64,000 nucleotides of DNA from Lytechinus pictus (taxonomy: Eukaryota): NCBI RefSeq assembly GCF_037042905.1, contig NC_087250.1, positions 27,654,001 through 27,718,000 on the forward strand. The letters run 5' to 3'. The position numbers were made by a program, and so were the translations under genes. The notes beneath the pieces are model-generated. The model saw only the letters and a list, made by a program, of their open reading frames with translations, searched no databases and was not told the DNA's origin. The first letter of the stretch is position 1; the number at the start of each line of letters is the position of its first letter. Positions 1-13,826 of this stretch are shown in pieces.

Positions 1-488
1 GGTTGGTGAAATACGCATGTTAATCATGATTACAATGACTACAAGTGCTTCATGTGTTTAGATGTAATTCTAACAAAATCAGCTATCGCTTAGCACTCGC
101 ATAAGATGACTATGGTGAGATATGTGTACTCTTTATGGATTCCTAAAATATAGTCCTTAAAATATCCCTGTTTGGGGTCAATATATACAAAAATTTAAGC
201 TCGCGCTTCGCGCTTGCATTGTTTGTTTAGCGAGAAAGGTACGTATTATGATTACAAAAAAATGCTTATAATGTTCCTTTTTAGGTCTGAATATCGAAAA
301 ATTTCAGCTCGCGCTTCGCGCTCGCATTATTTGATCAGTAAGATACATATTCGTTTAATGGCACTGTCCTTAAAATGTCTCTATTCGGTCAGTATACCTG
401 GCAACTGAGTGCGCTTCGCGCGCTCACTAAGTGACTCAATTTTTTTTGCTGGTGCCCCCCCAATGCCATGACTCATGGTACGCCACTG
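1..488. mobile_element. Right end of a non-autonomous TIR element with GCTCGCGCTTCGCGCTCGC subrepeats (hAT-like terminus)
   Basis: Ends in TACGCCACTG (reverse complement CAGTGGCGTA). Colinear with ~47810-48303, which ends in the same terminus. Confidence 0.65.
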
Positions 489-769
489 TATACATTGCAA
501 TGAATATAAGCAAATAAACAAAAAACAAAATAGTATTTCGTAAAAAAAGAAAAAGGAGAATCAACTTATATATAAAAATATACACAACAAACATAAGAAT
601 CATTCGGATAGATAATTTGACAATGGATATAGAGACTGATATCCAAGAAAATATAGAAACATAAAGAAAGTGAGAGTGGAGAGGAAAATAAAGAGGAAAG
701 AAGTTCGAAAATGGAGAAAGCGGGAAAGAGAGGAAGACTGAGAAGAATGGCATTACATGTAAACTCATT

Positions 770-1860
770 GTATAAAAACTGTTCTCAGGTGATGAAGTCA
801 GCTACATAGGTATCCGTTAACCAAAGAAAGGTTCAACAGTCATGTTACGTCATTCGTCATAACTCACGGGCAGCTTTATGAAAAACACAGCCGAGAGATT
901 TTCACATCGACTGCTAAAAAAATATTGGCCAAACATTTGATTTCCATTATTGAAATCAACTCCATTTAAAGTATGTACGTTTACATGTACGGTTTGAAGG
1001 TATGACGAAATGATTGTTTACGCGAAAAGAAGGAGATAATATTCTAAACTCTGTTAACGAGAGCCGCTGTAGAAAATCATACCACGGCAATTATAGACGT
1101 TAGTAGAAATAAACAAGTGACATTGATTATGCGCTTTGAGTACTCCACAAAGTGGATTTGGTGGGTTTTTTAAACATTAATTTTATTAATTTTATCATCA
1201 TATATTTATGTATATGATATACGTTGAGAAAATATTAATTTTCAAATGTTTCTTAATCGTATGATTAACGTTAAATAGATCAGAGAGTGTTTGTATGTGA
1301 CAGATAATGGTATTTTATTCATTACAAAACTACACGACTAAGACCAGACTTTCTTTAAATCTTTTTAGCCGAGTCCGTTAGGTATTATTAATCATTTTCA
1401 AGCAAACCATTACTCTTGTATTGGTGTTATTAAAGAGATTTGAATTTTTCGCTTGCATGATCGTGGTAATCATTTTGGAAGAAAAGACACTTCACTTTAA
1501 ACAGCATTTGTATAATAAGTGATAGGAATATAGGATTCTTGACCAAACTTGTAAAGTGTTTTAGTTACTTAAGAAAACTTATTTTATTTGACAGTTTTTA
1601 TTTATATTTCTTGTGTACTGTAAAAAGCAACTATAAAAAAATATAGCCGCTATGTTCTATTGGGATTCGAACCTTTGACACAATAAACACCATCACGGAG
1701 CGACTAATAAAGATTTCAACAATTTTGTACTCATTACTAGGAATCAAGAACTATTACTTTACATATATTTGAAAGCCTACAGTAATTTTCTACAGCCTCT
1801 GCTATCACATGTAAGTCAGGTTCCCAACGTTTGTTACACACTCTAGTGTACCCTATAACA
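770..1860 (+). repeat. Segmental duplication block B, with copies at ~12350-13420 and ~19490-21920 (interrupted)
   Basis: Long colinear similarity; e.g. gttctcaggtga...tccgttaaccaaagaa occurs at ~781, ~12360 and ~19497. Confidence 0.9.
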
Positions 1861-2281
1861 TCAGTTAATTCAAACAACTACACCACTGTCATATTGAATT
1901 TATGTTCAATACTTCACCAAAATAATATATCAAAATATGATAACACAACACAAGAAATACATTTAATTATTAAATTATAAAGAATAAAGAAGATTATGAC
2001 AATGACAATTAATGAAAGTGAAATGTGAAGGAACCTGCATAAAAAGCAGAGCTTATAATGTCTGCTTGTTCCTAATATGTTATGGATGCTATTATTATGA
2101 TGGTCAAGTTTATCTCACAAAAGATAATGTATGTACCGACATACACCTTTCTTCTTCTTTAGAACCCCCCCCCCCCCATCCCCGTGATGGCTACCATAAT
2201 GTGACAGTGATCTGAAGTCGGTTATCATAATCGGGAACCCCCTCCCCCCCCGTCATGTTTATCCATTATACGTCAAAGGAT

Positions 2282-5200
2282 ATCTCTCAAGCCTACATTA
2301 CACACTCATTGAAGCACTTGATGAACATGTGGTTTCTGACATTAATTAGATCAGTTAAAATCAGAAGTCCCAGCAGTATAACATGAAGCTGGAATGAAAC
2401 AATTGGTTCCATAGTTTCAATAAGCTAAAGACGCACCCCCTCACTGAAATCACAGTATATTTGGATTAAAGAATAGAAATACACGTAGTATGATTTTTGT
2501 TTCCTTGCATAGAACAAGCATGCAACTAATTAGCTCATGAAATAGATTAGATGCCACTTTGTTAATTTATTATTAAAAATATGTCATATTCATGTTCTTT
2601 TCAAGCGAAACAAGTTTATTTTGTAAGGGAATTTCCGGCATTCCCTTTCCCTTCAATTAACTTCAGGAGATCGAGGAATGCCCCCCCCCCCCCATTGCCC
2701 AATTGACAAGAATACAGCACTGTGTTTTAGAAACATGCATGTCAGGTCAAAATATTTATGTGAAAAGAAGATCAAATGAAATATTTTTAAACTGATAATG
2801 TCGTCTTCCATTATAATCGTGGAGGTATTATGTCGGTTTTTTGTTTTTGGTAAGGCACCCGCCCCTTGGATATGACGAATAAGCTGGAGGTCTCGTGTTG
2901 AAATATAAAGGCCAACGCAAAGAGAAGGGTAAAACAGTGTTGTGGCCACATATCAAGATGCTCAAAGCTACCCGTCACAGGATGACTTAATATGATAAGG
3001 GGGGGGGGTCGGGCTGAAAATAATATAGAGTGATAACCAGTTACCAAAATGCTGAAAATTTCATTAAGATATGATTAAAAAATATCGATGTTAGTCTATT
3101 TCAATGCATATACAGCTATATTTTTTTCTGAAAAAAAGTTATGTGCATGCCGTCATGAATATTCATTAGATGGGCTGATGACATCATGTCCAGGGACATA
3201 GGAACGATTATTTTAAATAGCGGGTGACGGGGTACTCGTTAAAAATAACAAACAAAACAAAAAAGAAAAAAATAGTAAACTAGATGACGCCTGAGGGGAT
3301 TTCGGTAAGAAAAAAATAAAACAACAATATTTGCTGCCAAATGTTCCTCCATTTGAATAATGTGTTTTTCTTGTCAACTTGATGGCAATGGAGTACTTCC
3401 TATGTGATAGCATACACAACACCCTCTGAAAAATCATGAGGGGTGATTGAGCATTCACCCCAGTACCCCCGCTTCACACTTTATTAAAGGTCAAGTCCAC
3501 CCCAGAAAAATGATGATTTGAATAAATAGAGAAAAATCAAACTAGCAAAATGCTGAAAATTTCATCAAAATCAGATGTGAAATTAGAAAGTTATGAAATC
3601 TTAAAGTTTTGCTTATTTTTCACAAAACATTGATATGCACAACTGAGTGACATGCAAATGAGACAGTCGATAATGTCCCTCACTCACTATTTCCTTTGTT
3701 TTTTTATTGTTTGAATTATACAATATTTCATTTTTTTCAGATTTGACAATAAGGACCAACTTGACTGAACTATATAGTATTAAACAATGCTAATTCCACA
3801 TGTTCAGGGAGAAATTAATTGTTTGTTCACTTGACAATGAAAGGAAAATGAGAATATTTCATATTTCATATAATAAAATACAAAAGAAGTAGTAAGTTGA
3901 TGACATCATCAGTTTCCTCATTTGCATACCGACCAGTATGTACGTATAACTGTTTTGTGAAATTAAGCAAAATTTTGAAATGCCATAACTTTCTTATTTT
4001 ACATCCGATTTTCATGAAATCTTTAGTGTTATGCTTGTTGGATTTTTCTCATTTTATTCAAATCAGCTTTTTGTTGGGTTGGACTTGTCCTTTTAGTTAT
4101 TAGATGAAACATATTCCTCTACTATCTGAAGACATGTTTGCATGATAAATATATTACACATTAAATCAGTAGTCAATTCATGTTTTCCGTTCTTGGTGGA
4201 CGAAATTTGACGAAATATAATTTTCCATAAAATAAAATAAAAAATAATAAGTGCGGATTAGACTGCAGACACAGACCCTAATTTGAACTTCGATCAACCA
4301 GTGTGCCTCCACGCAAATGTGTATGATATGATTTTATTTACTGAATATATAGCTCAAAAGTAGATTCTCATGAAAAGGTGATTTTTTTTCTAGCTCGCTC
4401 GCTTCGCTCGCTCGGGACTTATATAAAGCAGCTTTTAGAACATGTGCTATACTGCGCCCTTCGTTTTTTTTACTCTTCACGCTACTGCCGCAAATAATCC
4501 TGCTCACAGTGGCGTACAGACCACAAAAAAGGAATCTGAAGAGAGAAAAGTGAAATATATTGTTCTCTGGATATCATGTCAAAATCTATCACAAAATTTG
4601 ATTTTTGTATTAAAAAGGTCAAAATTTTTGCTCGCTCGCAACTTCTTTTTAAAGATAAATTCTGCCCGATACACAATATCTGGCCTTCTCAAAATAGTCG
4701 CCTCATTACACCATTACGCCCGTTCATACCATGATATGACCGGGAATTTTTTTGCTCTTGCCCCCCCCCCCCCCCCCTGGCCACCGACCTCTGTTACGCC
4801 GATGATCTCTCAAGCCTACATTACACACTCATTGAAGCACTTGATGAACATGTGGTTTCTGACATTAATTAGATCAGTTAAAATCAGAAGTCCCAGCAGT
4901 TTAACATGAAGCTGGAATGAAACGATTGGTTCCATAGTTTCAATAAGCTAAAGACGCACCCCTTCACTGAAATCACATTATATTTTGATTAAAGAATAGA
5001 AATACACGTAGTATGATTTTTGTTTCCTTGCATAGAACAAGCATGCAACTAATTAGCTCATGAAATAGATTAGATGCCACTTTGTTAATTTATTATTAAA
5101 AATATGTCATATTCATGTTCTTTTCAAGCGAAACAAGTTTATTTTGTGAGGGAATTTCCGACATTCCCTTTCCCTTCAATTAACTTCAGGAGATCGAGGA

Positions 5201-6759
5201 ATGCCCCCCCCCCCCCCATTGCCCAATTGACAAGAATACAGCACTGTGTTTTAGAAACATGCATGTCAGGTCAAAATATTTATGTGAAAAGAAGATCAAA
5301 TGAAATATTTTTAAACTGATAATGTCGTCTTCCATTATGATCGTGGAGGCATTATGTCAGTTTTGTGTTGTGGCCACATATCAAGATGCTCAAAGCTACC
5401 CGTCACAGGATGACTTAATATGATAAGGGGGGGGGGGTCGGGCTGAAAATAATATAGAGTGATAACCAGTTACCAAAATGCTGAAAATTTCATTAAGATA
5501 TGATTAAAAAATATCGATGTTAGTCTATTTCAATGCATATACAGCTATAATTTTTTCTGAAAGAAAAGTTATGTGCATGCCGTCATGAATATTCATTAGA
5601 TGGGCTGATGACATCATGTCCAGGGACATAGGAACGATTATTTTAAATAGCGGGTGACGGGGTACTCGTTAAAAATAACAAACAAAACAAAAAGAAGAAA
5701 AAATAGTTAACTAGATGACGCCTGAGGGGATTTCGGTAAGAAAAAAATAAAACAACAATATTTGCTGCCAAATGTTCCTCCATTTGAATAATTTGTTTTT
5801 CTTGTCAACTTAATGGCAATGGAGTACTTCCTATGTGATAGCATACACAACACTCTCTGAAAAATCATGAGGGGTGATTGAGCATTCACCCCAGTACCCC
5901 CGCTTCACACTTTATTAAAGGTCAAGTCCACCCCAGAAAAATGAATGATTTGAATAAATAGAGAAAAATCAAACTAGCAAAATGCTGAAAATTTCATCAA
6001 AATCAGATGTGAAATTAGAAAGTTATGAAATCTTAAAGTTTTGCTTATTTTTCACAAAACATTGATATGCACAACTGAGTGACATGCAAATGAGACAGTC
6101 GATAATGTCCCTCACTCACTATTTCCTTTGTTTTTTTATTGTTTGAATTATACAATATTTCATTTTTTTCAGATTTGACAATAAGGACCAACTTGACTGA
6201 ACTATATAGTATTAAACAATGCTAATTCCACATGTTCAGGGAGAAATTAATTGTTTGTTCACTTGACAATGAAAGGAAAATGAGAATATTTCATATTTCA
6301 TATAATAAAATACAAAAGAAGTAGTAAGTTGATGACATCATCAGTTTCCTCATTTGCATACCGACCAGTATGTACGTATAACTGTTTTGTGAAATTAAGC
6401 AAAATTTTGAAATGCCATAACTTTCTTATTTTACATCCGATTTTCATGAAATCTTTAGTGTTATGCTTGTTGGATTTTTCTCATTTTATTCAAATCAGCT
6501 TTTTGTTGGGTTGGACTTGTCCTTTCAGTTATTAGATGAAACATATTCCTCTACTATCTGAAGACATGTTTAGATGATAAATATATTACACATTTAACAT
6601 TGTTTAATCAGTAGTCAATTCATGTTTTCCGTTCTTGGTGGACGAAATTTGACGAAATATAATTTTCCATAAAATAAAATAAAAAAGAATAAGTGCGGAT
6701 TAGACTGCAGACACAGACCCTAATTGGAACTTCGATCAACCAGTGTGCCTCCACGCAAA
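2282..6759 (+). repeat. Recent ~2-kb direct tandem duplication (2282-4317 and 4805-6759) with a TE-derived spacer
   Basis: Near-identical copies; ORF-track peptides at 3897 and 6329 are identical. Copy 2 has a ~100-bp deletion. Confidence 0.95.
3488..4091. mobile_element. Kolobok-like MITE (duplicate at 5919-6523; relative at 50551-51150)
   Basis: TTAA|AGGTCAAGTCCA...TGGACTTGTCCT|TTTA. The paralog has an empty TTAA site at ~43238. Confidence 0.8.
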
Positions 6760-7798
6760 GACTAGCACATACAACACTTGCTGTTCCAGCCTTCAGTAAA
6801 CAGGCATAAGTAGGCTGCACATTCAGACACTAATCTCGAGTGAAGGGTTTGCCCAGCAGACTAATTGCGGATAGACATCGTCAACTTGTTCATTGCATAT
6901 TCATGAAGACATGCAGGAACTTTCTCATCAGAACAATGCACGTGCTTAAAATATCACAAATATCACATTTCTTATCCGGTTTTAATGACATTATCAGTAT
7001 TTTATTTGTCAAATTTTACCTTTTCTGTTCAAATCATATTACATCCAAGCCGGGAGTACCCTCTAAGCTTCCTTTCTTAGGCACATCAACCCACATGAAA
7101 CAATAATATTTGTTGGCAACGAAACTATTTTTATCATATCATATCTGCCTTCCAGAAGGTGTATGTTGTTCATTGAATCCAATGGATCCTTTTTGATTTA
7201 TACAGATTTTTCAATATCTATATAATACACTTAAATATGGACGAAGTATAATGCTTGATACTTAAATCTTAATGAATTAAGCTTGGTTATTCAAAATCAC
7301 ACTACAGAGATCATATAGTAAACAGTGTTGTAAAAAATGGAGCAGCATTTGAACTGAGTGAAACCAGTTTCATGATTCGACGATTAGTACCACTGACTCT
7401 CATTTTTTTTACAAGATACCTAATAGATGTGATTTGATTATATTTGAAGATGAATTAGATTTTTGTTTTCCAATGCCCTTTTTTAAAGGGCAATATGATG
7501 CCATATATCGATTGCATAACAGAGAAATAACATTTACTCTAGCAGAGAATGTAAACAAAAGAAAAAAAGAAGGAAAATTAAATAGATAATATCAATCGGC
7601 AATATTGCCCCTTTCCTGGTCAAACGACGGTGTAATATTTAGAACTATCGCCCTCATGAACATTTTATATTTCCATACTATACCAACATGATGAAAATCA
7701 CCGTGTAAAAACACACTCATTATAACAGTAATGTTAAAAATAATTTTGTAAATAACATTGTGTTATGTTTCCTGTTGCACCATCTTTGTGTTCCTATA

Positions 7799-7919
7799 CA
7801 CTGCAAAAACTGCGGTGTTAATTTAACACCAGTCCGGAATTTGTATATGACCACACCAAAGAAGAGTTGTAACAACACCGTCGGGTTTTATAATGTATAC
7901 GATGCATGTTTTTGCAGTA
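7799..7919. mobile_element. Small CACTGCAAAAA-terminal MITE
   Basis: CACTGCAAAAAC...GTTTTTGCAGT termini; absent from the paralogous site at ~46030. Confidence 0.7.
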
Positions 7920-7938
7920 GACATAGTGTTGTGCATAT

Positions 7939-8367
7939 GGACGCACATCACTAATGGGATCCGGCAATTTCGGGAATCCCCTTTTGACCCCTACCGAAAA
8001 TGACGTAATGGTTACGTGGTTTCACATGGGCATAGAGAGGGATTACTACTGGATATCTGTTCAGTCCCATGGGAGAGCAGTAATTTGTCAATTCTGGATT
8101 TTATGGGACCTTAATTAGTTGCCCAAGAAACCCTGTGAGCACCGTGACTGTAACCAAGTTTGCATGTAGTCTTGGTTTGAGTCCCTGTAGCGCAAAAAAT
8201 GCTGAAAACCTTTTTTTCATATTTTTAGCGTTGGAAGGATATTGGATGAACTACCAAATGATAAAGGTTTCGATGGTGTCATCAGTAAGACTTATTTTTG
8301 CGATTTTTTTTTCAAATCTCATTTTTAACGCATGAGTCTATGGGGAAATAATTAATAGTGTGTGCCC
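7939..8367. mobile_element. Unclassified TIR insertion with ATAT target duplication
   Basis: ATAT|GGACGCACATCACTAAT...ATTAATAGTGTGTGCCC|ATAT, with an imperfect TIR. Flanks align with those of 46049-49432. Confidence 0.65.
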
Positions 8368-8424
8368 ATATACCTTAGTAGTAATCGATGGAAATGTGAA
8401 AAAAAATGTTCAAGTCCAAAGTCT

Positions 8425-8628
8425 AAAGTGAAAGTTGTTTATTCTTGGACTGAAACAGGCTGTGGAATTCCCCGTGTTTTTCAATACACACTGCACGTCT
8501 AACTCATACCATAGAGCTATTACGGTTATACCAATGTATCATGTAGCGTTAGCATACCGTCACACGGTAAACTGATAGTGTAAGCTGAAAGAGAGTGTGC
8601 AAGCCTATAACTGGATTTATCGGTAAGT
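8425..8628 (+). promoter_or_regulatory. Putative promoter/non-coding first exon, copy 1 (IRF-like site, NF-kB-like site, 5' splice donor)
   Basis: AAAGTGAAAGT at 8425-8435; GGAATTCCCC at 8464-8473 (reverse complement GGGGAATTCC); TTATCG|GTAAGT donor at 8623. Confidence 0.5.
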
Positions 8629-8822
8629 TTTGATAATTAGGAATGCCCTAAATCCGTATTTTGATTTTATTATTCAGCATTGATAAACTGGAGTACATGT
8701 AAGCTAATAATACTTGATAATCCTAAATCAGTTGGTTTACTGACGGTTGGTATATATCACTTGGTCTAATAATCAGATGGGCTAACAACGTTCGGGCTAA
8801 ATCCACTTACTCCGATTCTCTT

Positions 8823-9597
8823 TTGGTCTAATGACCACTTGGTCTAATAGTCAATTACTCTAATGACAACTTGGTCTAATAGTCCATTACTCTAATGACA
8901 ACTTGGTCTAATAGTCCATTACTCTAATGACAACTTGGTCTAATAGTCAATTACTCTAATGACAACTTGGTCTAATAGTCAATTACTCTAATGACAACTT
9001 GGTCTAATAGTCAATAACTCTAATGACAACTTGGTCTAATAGTCAATTACTCTAATGACAACTTGGTCTAATAGTCAATTACTCTAATGACAACTTGGTA
9101 TAATAGTCAATTACTCTAATGACAACTTGGTCTAATAGTCAATTACTCTAATGAAAACTTGGTCTAATAGTCAATTACTCTAATGACAACTTGGTCTAAT
9201 AGTCCATTACTCTAATGACAACTTGGTCTAATAGTCAATTACTCTAATGACAACTTGGTCTAATAGTCAATTACTCTAATGACAACTTGGTCTAATAGTC
9301 AATTACTCTAATGACCACTTGGTCTAATAGTCAATTACTCTAATGACAACTTGGTCTAATAGTCAATTACTCTAATGACAACTTGGTCTAATAGTCAATC
9401 ACTATAATGACAACTTGGTCTAATAGTCAATTACTCTAATGACAACTTGGTCTAATAGTCAATTACTCTAATGACAACTTGGTCAAATAGCCAATTACTC
9501 TAATGACAACTTGGTCTAATAGTCAATTACTCTAATGACAACTTGGTCAAATAGCCAATTACTCTAATGACAACTTGGTCTAATAGCCAATTAATGA
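8823..9597. repeat. 32-bp minisatellite, ~24 copies
   Basis: Unit TTGGTCTAATAGTCAATTACTCTAATGACAAC, made of two related 16-bp halves; highly homogeneous, with no spacers. Confidence 0.95.
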
Positions 9598-9982
9598 CCA
9601 TTTGAAATCGTCAAGTATTTCAATGAATGATTTGTGAAAAATATATACGATATACGTTCCCCACAACATGACTACTTTCATACAAGAAGATATTTATTTT
9701 GTGAATCACCCAGAGTATAAAAATGACTTACTTGTGACATTAACAAAGATCACTGATTACATTGTTTGTGCTGGATTCCCATGTGTTTACAATCCAACCT
9801 TTGGGCTTATCTAATCTTGAGAAGAAAAAAAGAGAAGATTTTGTAATTAAGTGGGAACCTAATCTTGATGGATAATGTGAATGTTCAATAACAAGAATGA
9901 AAACCTCATCAATATTGATGTTTAATATAGAATCATGCCTCAGTGTCTACATGATCAGGATATCTCAAAAAGTCGATTGATT

Positions 9983-10210
9983 TGATAACATTCGGTAGAA
10001 ATGATAACATTTGGTAGTAGTGATAGCATTCGGTAGAACTGATAACATTCCGTAAAAAATGATTACATTCAGCAAATACGATAATATTCTGTAGAAATGA
10101 TGACATTGTGTATAAATGTGTTAACATTCCGTAGAAATGACAGCATTCAGTAGAAAAGATATCATTCTGTAGAAATGATAACATTCGCTAGAAGTTATCA
10201 TTCGGTAGAT
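9983..10210. repeat. Degenerate 19-bp minisatellite, ~12 copies
   Basis: Consensus GATAACATTCGGTAGAAAT. Confidence 0.85.
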
Positions 10211-11229
10211 CATTGGCGCCCTCTACATTCATTTATGTTTACATACTTCATTAGTGAGGTCAATTTGATTACATCATCATATCATTTTCACTAGCGGTCA
10301 ATGGCATCTCAAGTTATGAACCTGCCTTGATGGATATTAAAACCCTTCATATTCAATAACATTCACGATGTAGATTAACATAATAAGACATGTTCATATT
10401 TTCATATTTAAGTCAGAATTCGACATGACAAATATTTTGCATTTGTGATGAAGAATGTTTTATCATAATATGTATTGTTAGCGATAGTGATGATATTAGA
10501 TAATACATTCTTGTTAATTGTGTGCATTCTAAACTCGTGTTTAAGCGAATGACACATGTTATGTTGTTGATAGTTATAATCCTTTTTTCTACAAGACTGA
10601 TATCACATAGTATTCTGTGAATTATTTGATACTTGTTCCCCACCCCCTCTCATATGTTTATACCAACTCTCTCTTATTTTCATATTTCCCCTCTCTCTCT
10701 CTTCAACGTAAATATTTTTTGCACGATCACCATATTTCTTTCTCTATATGTTTTTTTATGTTTATAAAGTTTGGAGTTATATTTAAATTGCTGATAATGA
10801 TAATCAAGTTCTCTAGATTCCAATCAGATTTATTGTAACAATCATCAATATCGTATAAATTTCAGCTGTATTTTAGTTCTATGAACTATTGCTCATTATA
10901 TAGTGTACTCAAGAGCCTTTGCTGAAAATAGAAAACAGAATTGTGTATGTGTCGTATTTCTTCAGTATTTCATATCCAGATAATCAAAATTTGCTTCATA
11001 AAAATGGACACTACACAAATCCAGTGAATTTATATTTTCAGGTGCGTTATAGCTATAACAATCTACATCCAATGATGTATTTTAGAAGCGCTTTTAGATT
11101 TTTATATAAGTAGAAAAGGTATATACCTTAGTTCTAAAACTCTGTTTCGTTATCTCTTTTATAATCTCTGATTGTATATTATGTGATACAAAAAATGCAC
11201 TTGCTTGCTAGTAAATATACATGTATATA

Positions 11230-11830
11230 ACGGAGACCTTGTTGATCAAAAAAAAGAGAGAGACAGTGAGAATGAAGACCGGAAAAGAGGGAGGGAGAAA
11301 TGGAGAGACAAGGGGAATAAGAGAGAGAGAGAGAGGGAGGAGAAGATTTAAAGAACTACCGAGAGACAAGGAATGGTGAAGAGATGGGGGAGGGGAGGGG
11401 GTGAATTTGTAATTGAATTTGTATTTGTATTTTCCTTTCTCATGAAACAAAGTGATATTACATTACAAAGTTAAATATATCAAAAACCATGTCATCATAG
11501 TAATTCATACCATAATTGAAGAAGGGTGAATTTGAACTACGTAGATAGAATTGGCTTCATCGACATTCGCTAAACAAAAAACACACACCACAGAGTGGCT
11601 TATTAATAAAGAATGAATTTAAGAGATAGAAAAAACGAAGGAAGAGAATAAAAAAGAATGAGAGAGAGAGAGATAGGAAGAGAACAATCCCAACGCTTCT
11701 TACTTTTTGTATAACCAGGAAATAAAGTACGATTACATGATATTAAATTATATTAGTGACCATTACGCTACTTCAATATATTATAAAAAAAACATCATTG
11801 TCATGACTGTCATATTGAATTTATGTTATG
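11230..11830 (+). repeat. Segmental duplication block A, with copies at ~40720-41920 and fragments at ~14680-15800
   Basis: Shared agaactaccgagagacaagg, gtgaatttgta...tttgtatttgtattttcctttc and atattaaattatatta...gtgaccatt. Confidence 0.85.
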
Positions 11831-13701
11831 TTAATTTATGTCACATGTACATATTTAAATCAAACTAAAATTATCAAAAGAGGTCATGGTGCACGGTTTA
11901 TACGCAAATAAATTATAGGAATGAGGAGAGGGGTTGGAGGGGAAAGTTCCACCCCTCAGTTTTCTCAAATTTTGATATGCAAGAATGTTTAACTGCATGT
12001 ATGTTTTGTGCACTAGACAAAAACGTCAGATTATCATTAGCGAAACTTCATAAATTATCTTCTTTATTATTATTTGATATTTTTTTAAGAATTCACCCCG
12101 AATCAAAAATGAAATTTTAACACAATCCGCCGGTATATTATTTCATTGCGTGTCAACAAACAGTATTTTATTACGTTGATAATATTAACTGCGTGTCAAC
12201 AGAGACGGTACCATTATGTTGATAATAATGTACTGGCATCCACTGGAACGGTAACAAAAAAGCGAAACAATAATACAAGAGAAAAAAAATTATTTGATGG
12301 GTGTTTTATAAAGCTGTTCGTAATAAATGTACGAATGACTTTACGCAAGGCTGGTACATGTTCTCAGGTGATGAAGACAGGTACATAAGTATCCGTTAAC
12401 CAAAGAACGGTTCAACAGTCATGTTGCGTCATTCGTCATAACTCACGGGCAGCTTTATAAAAAACCCAGCCGAGAGATTTTCACATTGACTGCTAACAAA
12501 GCATTGCCATAACCTTTGACTTCCATTATTGAAAGCAACTCGATACATGTATGGTTTGAAGATATTTCGAAATGATTATTTATGCGAAAAGAAGGAGATA
12601 ATATTCTAACCTCCGTTAATAGAGCCGCTATAGAAAATTATATATCACGGCAATTATAGACGATAGTAGATATAAATCAGTGACACTGATTATGCACTTT
12701 GAGCACTCCACAAAGTGTATTTGGTGTTTTTTTAAACATTAATTTTATTAACATTATCATCATATATTTATGTATATGATATACGTTGAGAAAATATTAA
12801 TTTTTAAATGATTCTTAATCGTATGATTAACGTAAAATAGAGCAGAGAGGGTTTGTATGTGACAGATAATGGTAATTTATTCATTACAAAACTACACGAC
12901 TAAGAGCAGACCATCTTTAAATCTTTTTAACCGAGTCCATTAGGTATTATTGATCATTTTCAAGCAAACTATTATTCTTGTATTCGTGTTATTAAAGAGA
13001 TTTGAATTTTTCGCTTGCATGGTCGTAGTAATCATTTTGGAAGAAAAGGCACTTCATATTAAACAGCATATAGAAAGTGATAGGAATATAGGATTCTTGA
13101 CCAAACTTGTAAAGTGTTTTAGTTACTTAAGAAAACTTACATTTGACATTTTTTTTATTTACATGTATATTTCTTGTGTACTGTAAAAGGCAACTATAAA
13201 AAAATCTAGCCGCTATGTTCTATTGGGAATCAAACCTTTGACACAATAAACACCATCATGGAGCGACTAAAAAGATTTCAACAATTTTATACTCATTACC
13301 AGGAATCAAGAACTATTACTTTACATATATTTGAAAGCGTACAGTAATTTTGTACAGCCTCTGCTATTAAGTCAGGTTCCCAACGTTTGTTACACTCTCT
13401 AGTGTACCCTATAACATGTATAATAAATACTTAATTTCATCTTAGAATGCTATGTTTAAGAACATCATTCTGATATACCCATTGGCCATATCTTATTTAT
13501 TGTAAAAGTGTAACAAATAAATTCTGATTCAATTCAATACATCCTGTATTATTTCTTCCGTTTCAGTTATTACTAAACCCACAATTACTGTATGTCATTG
13601 CTATACTGTAAGCCACATTAAACTTGTAGTTGTATAAAATTGGATCGTAATGATATCTAACATTGGGTATTTTATTTGATTTGTGCACTGATCCAGGATG
13701 T

Positions 13702-13826
13702 GGAAAATCCCCAATATGTTTTAATACACATTGCACGTCTACTCAGTTGCACACTAAACTCGTATTCATTCACACAGTGTACAGAGATTGTTAGCTGAAA
13801 GAGTATACTTGAACTTATCGGTGAGT
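13702..13826 (+). promoter_or_regulatory. Putative promoter/non-coding first exon, copy 2
   Basis: GGAAAATCCCC at 13702-13712 (NF-kB-like); Inr-like TCAGTT at 13743-13748; TTATCG|GTGAGT donor at 13821; TGACGTCA (CRE) at 13992. Confidence 0.55.

Larger units (their letters stand above)
1875..7938 (+). repeat. Segmental duplication block C, paralogous to ~41890-46048, with a partial copy at ~15870-16080
   Basis: Colinear matches (cttcaccaaaataatatatc; gcctccacgcaaagactagc; ctcgagtgaagggtttgccc; gtgttgtgcatatg), apart from copy-specific TE insertions. Confidence 0.9.

Noticed and set aside
8823..9597. CRISPR-like 32-bp repeat array
   Set aside because: Units are head to tail with no unique spacers, there are no cas genes, and the context is eukaryotic.
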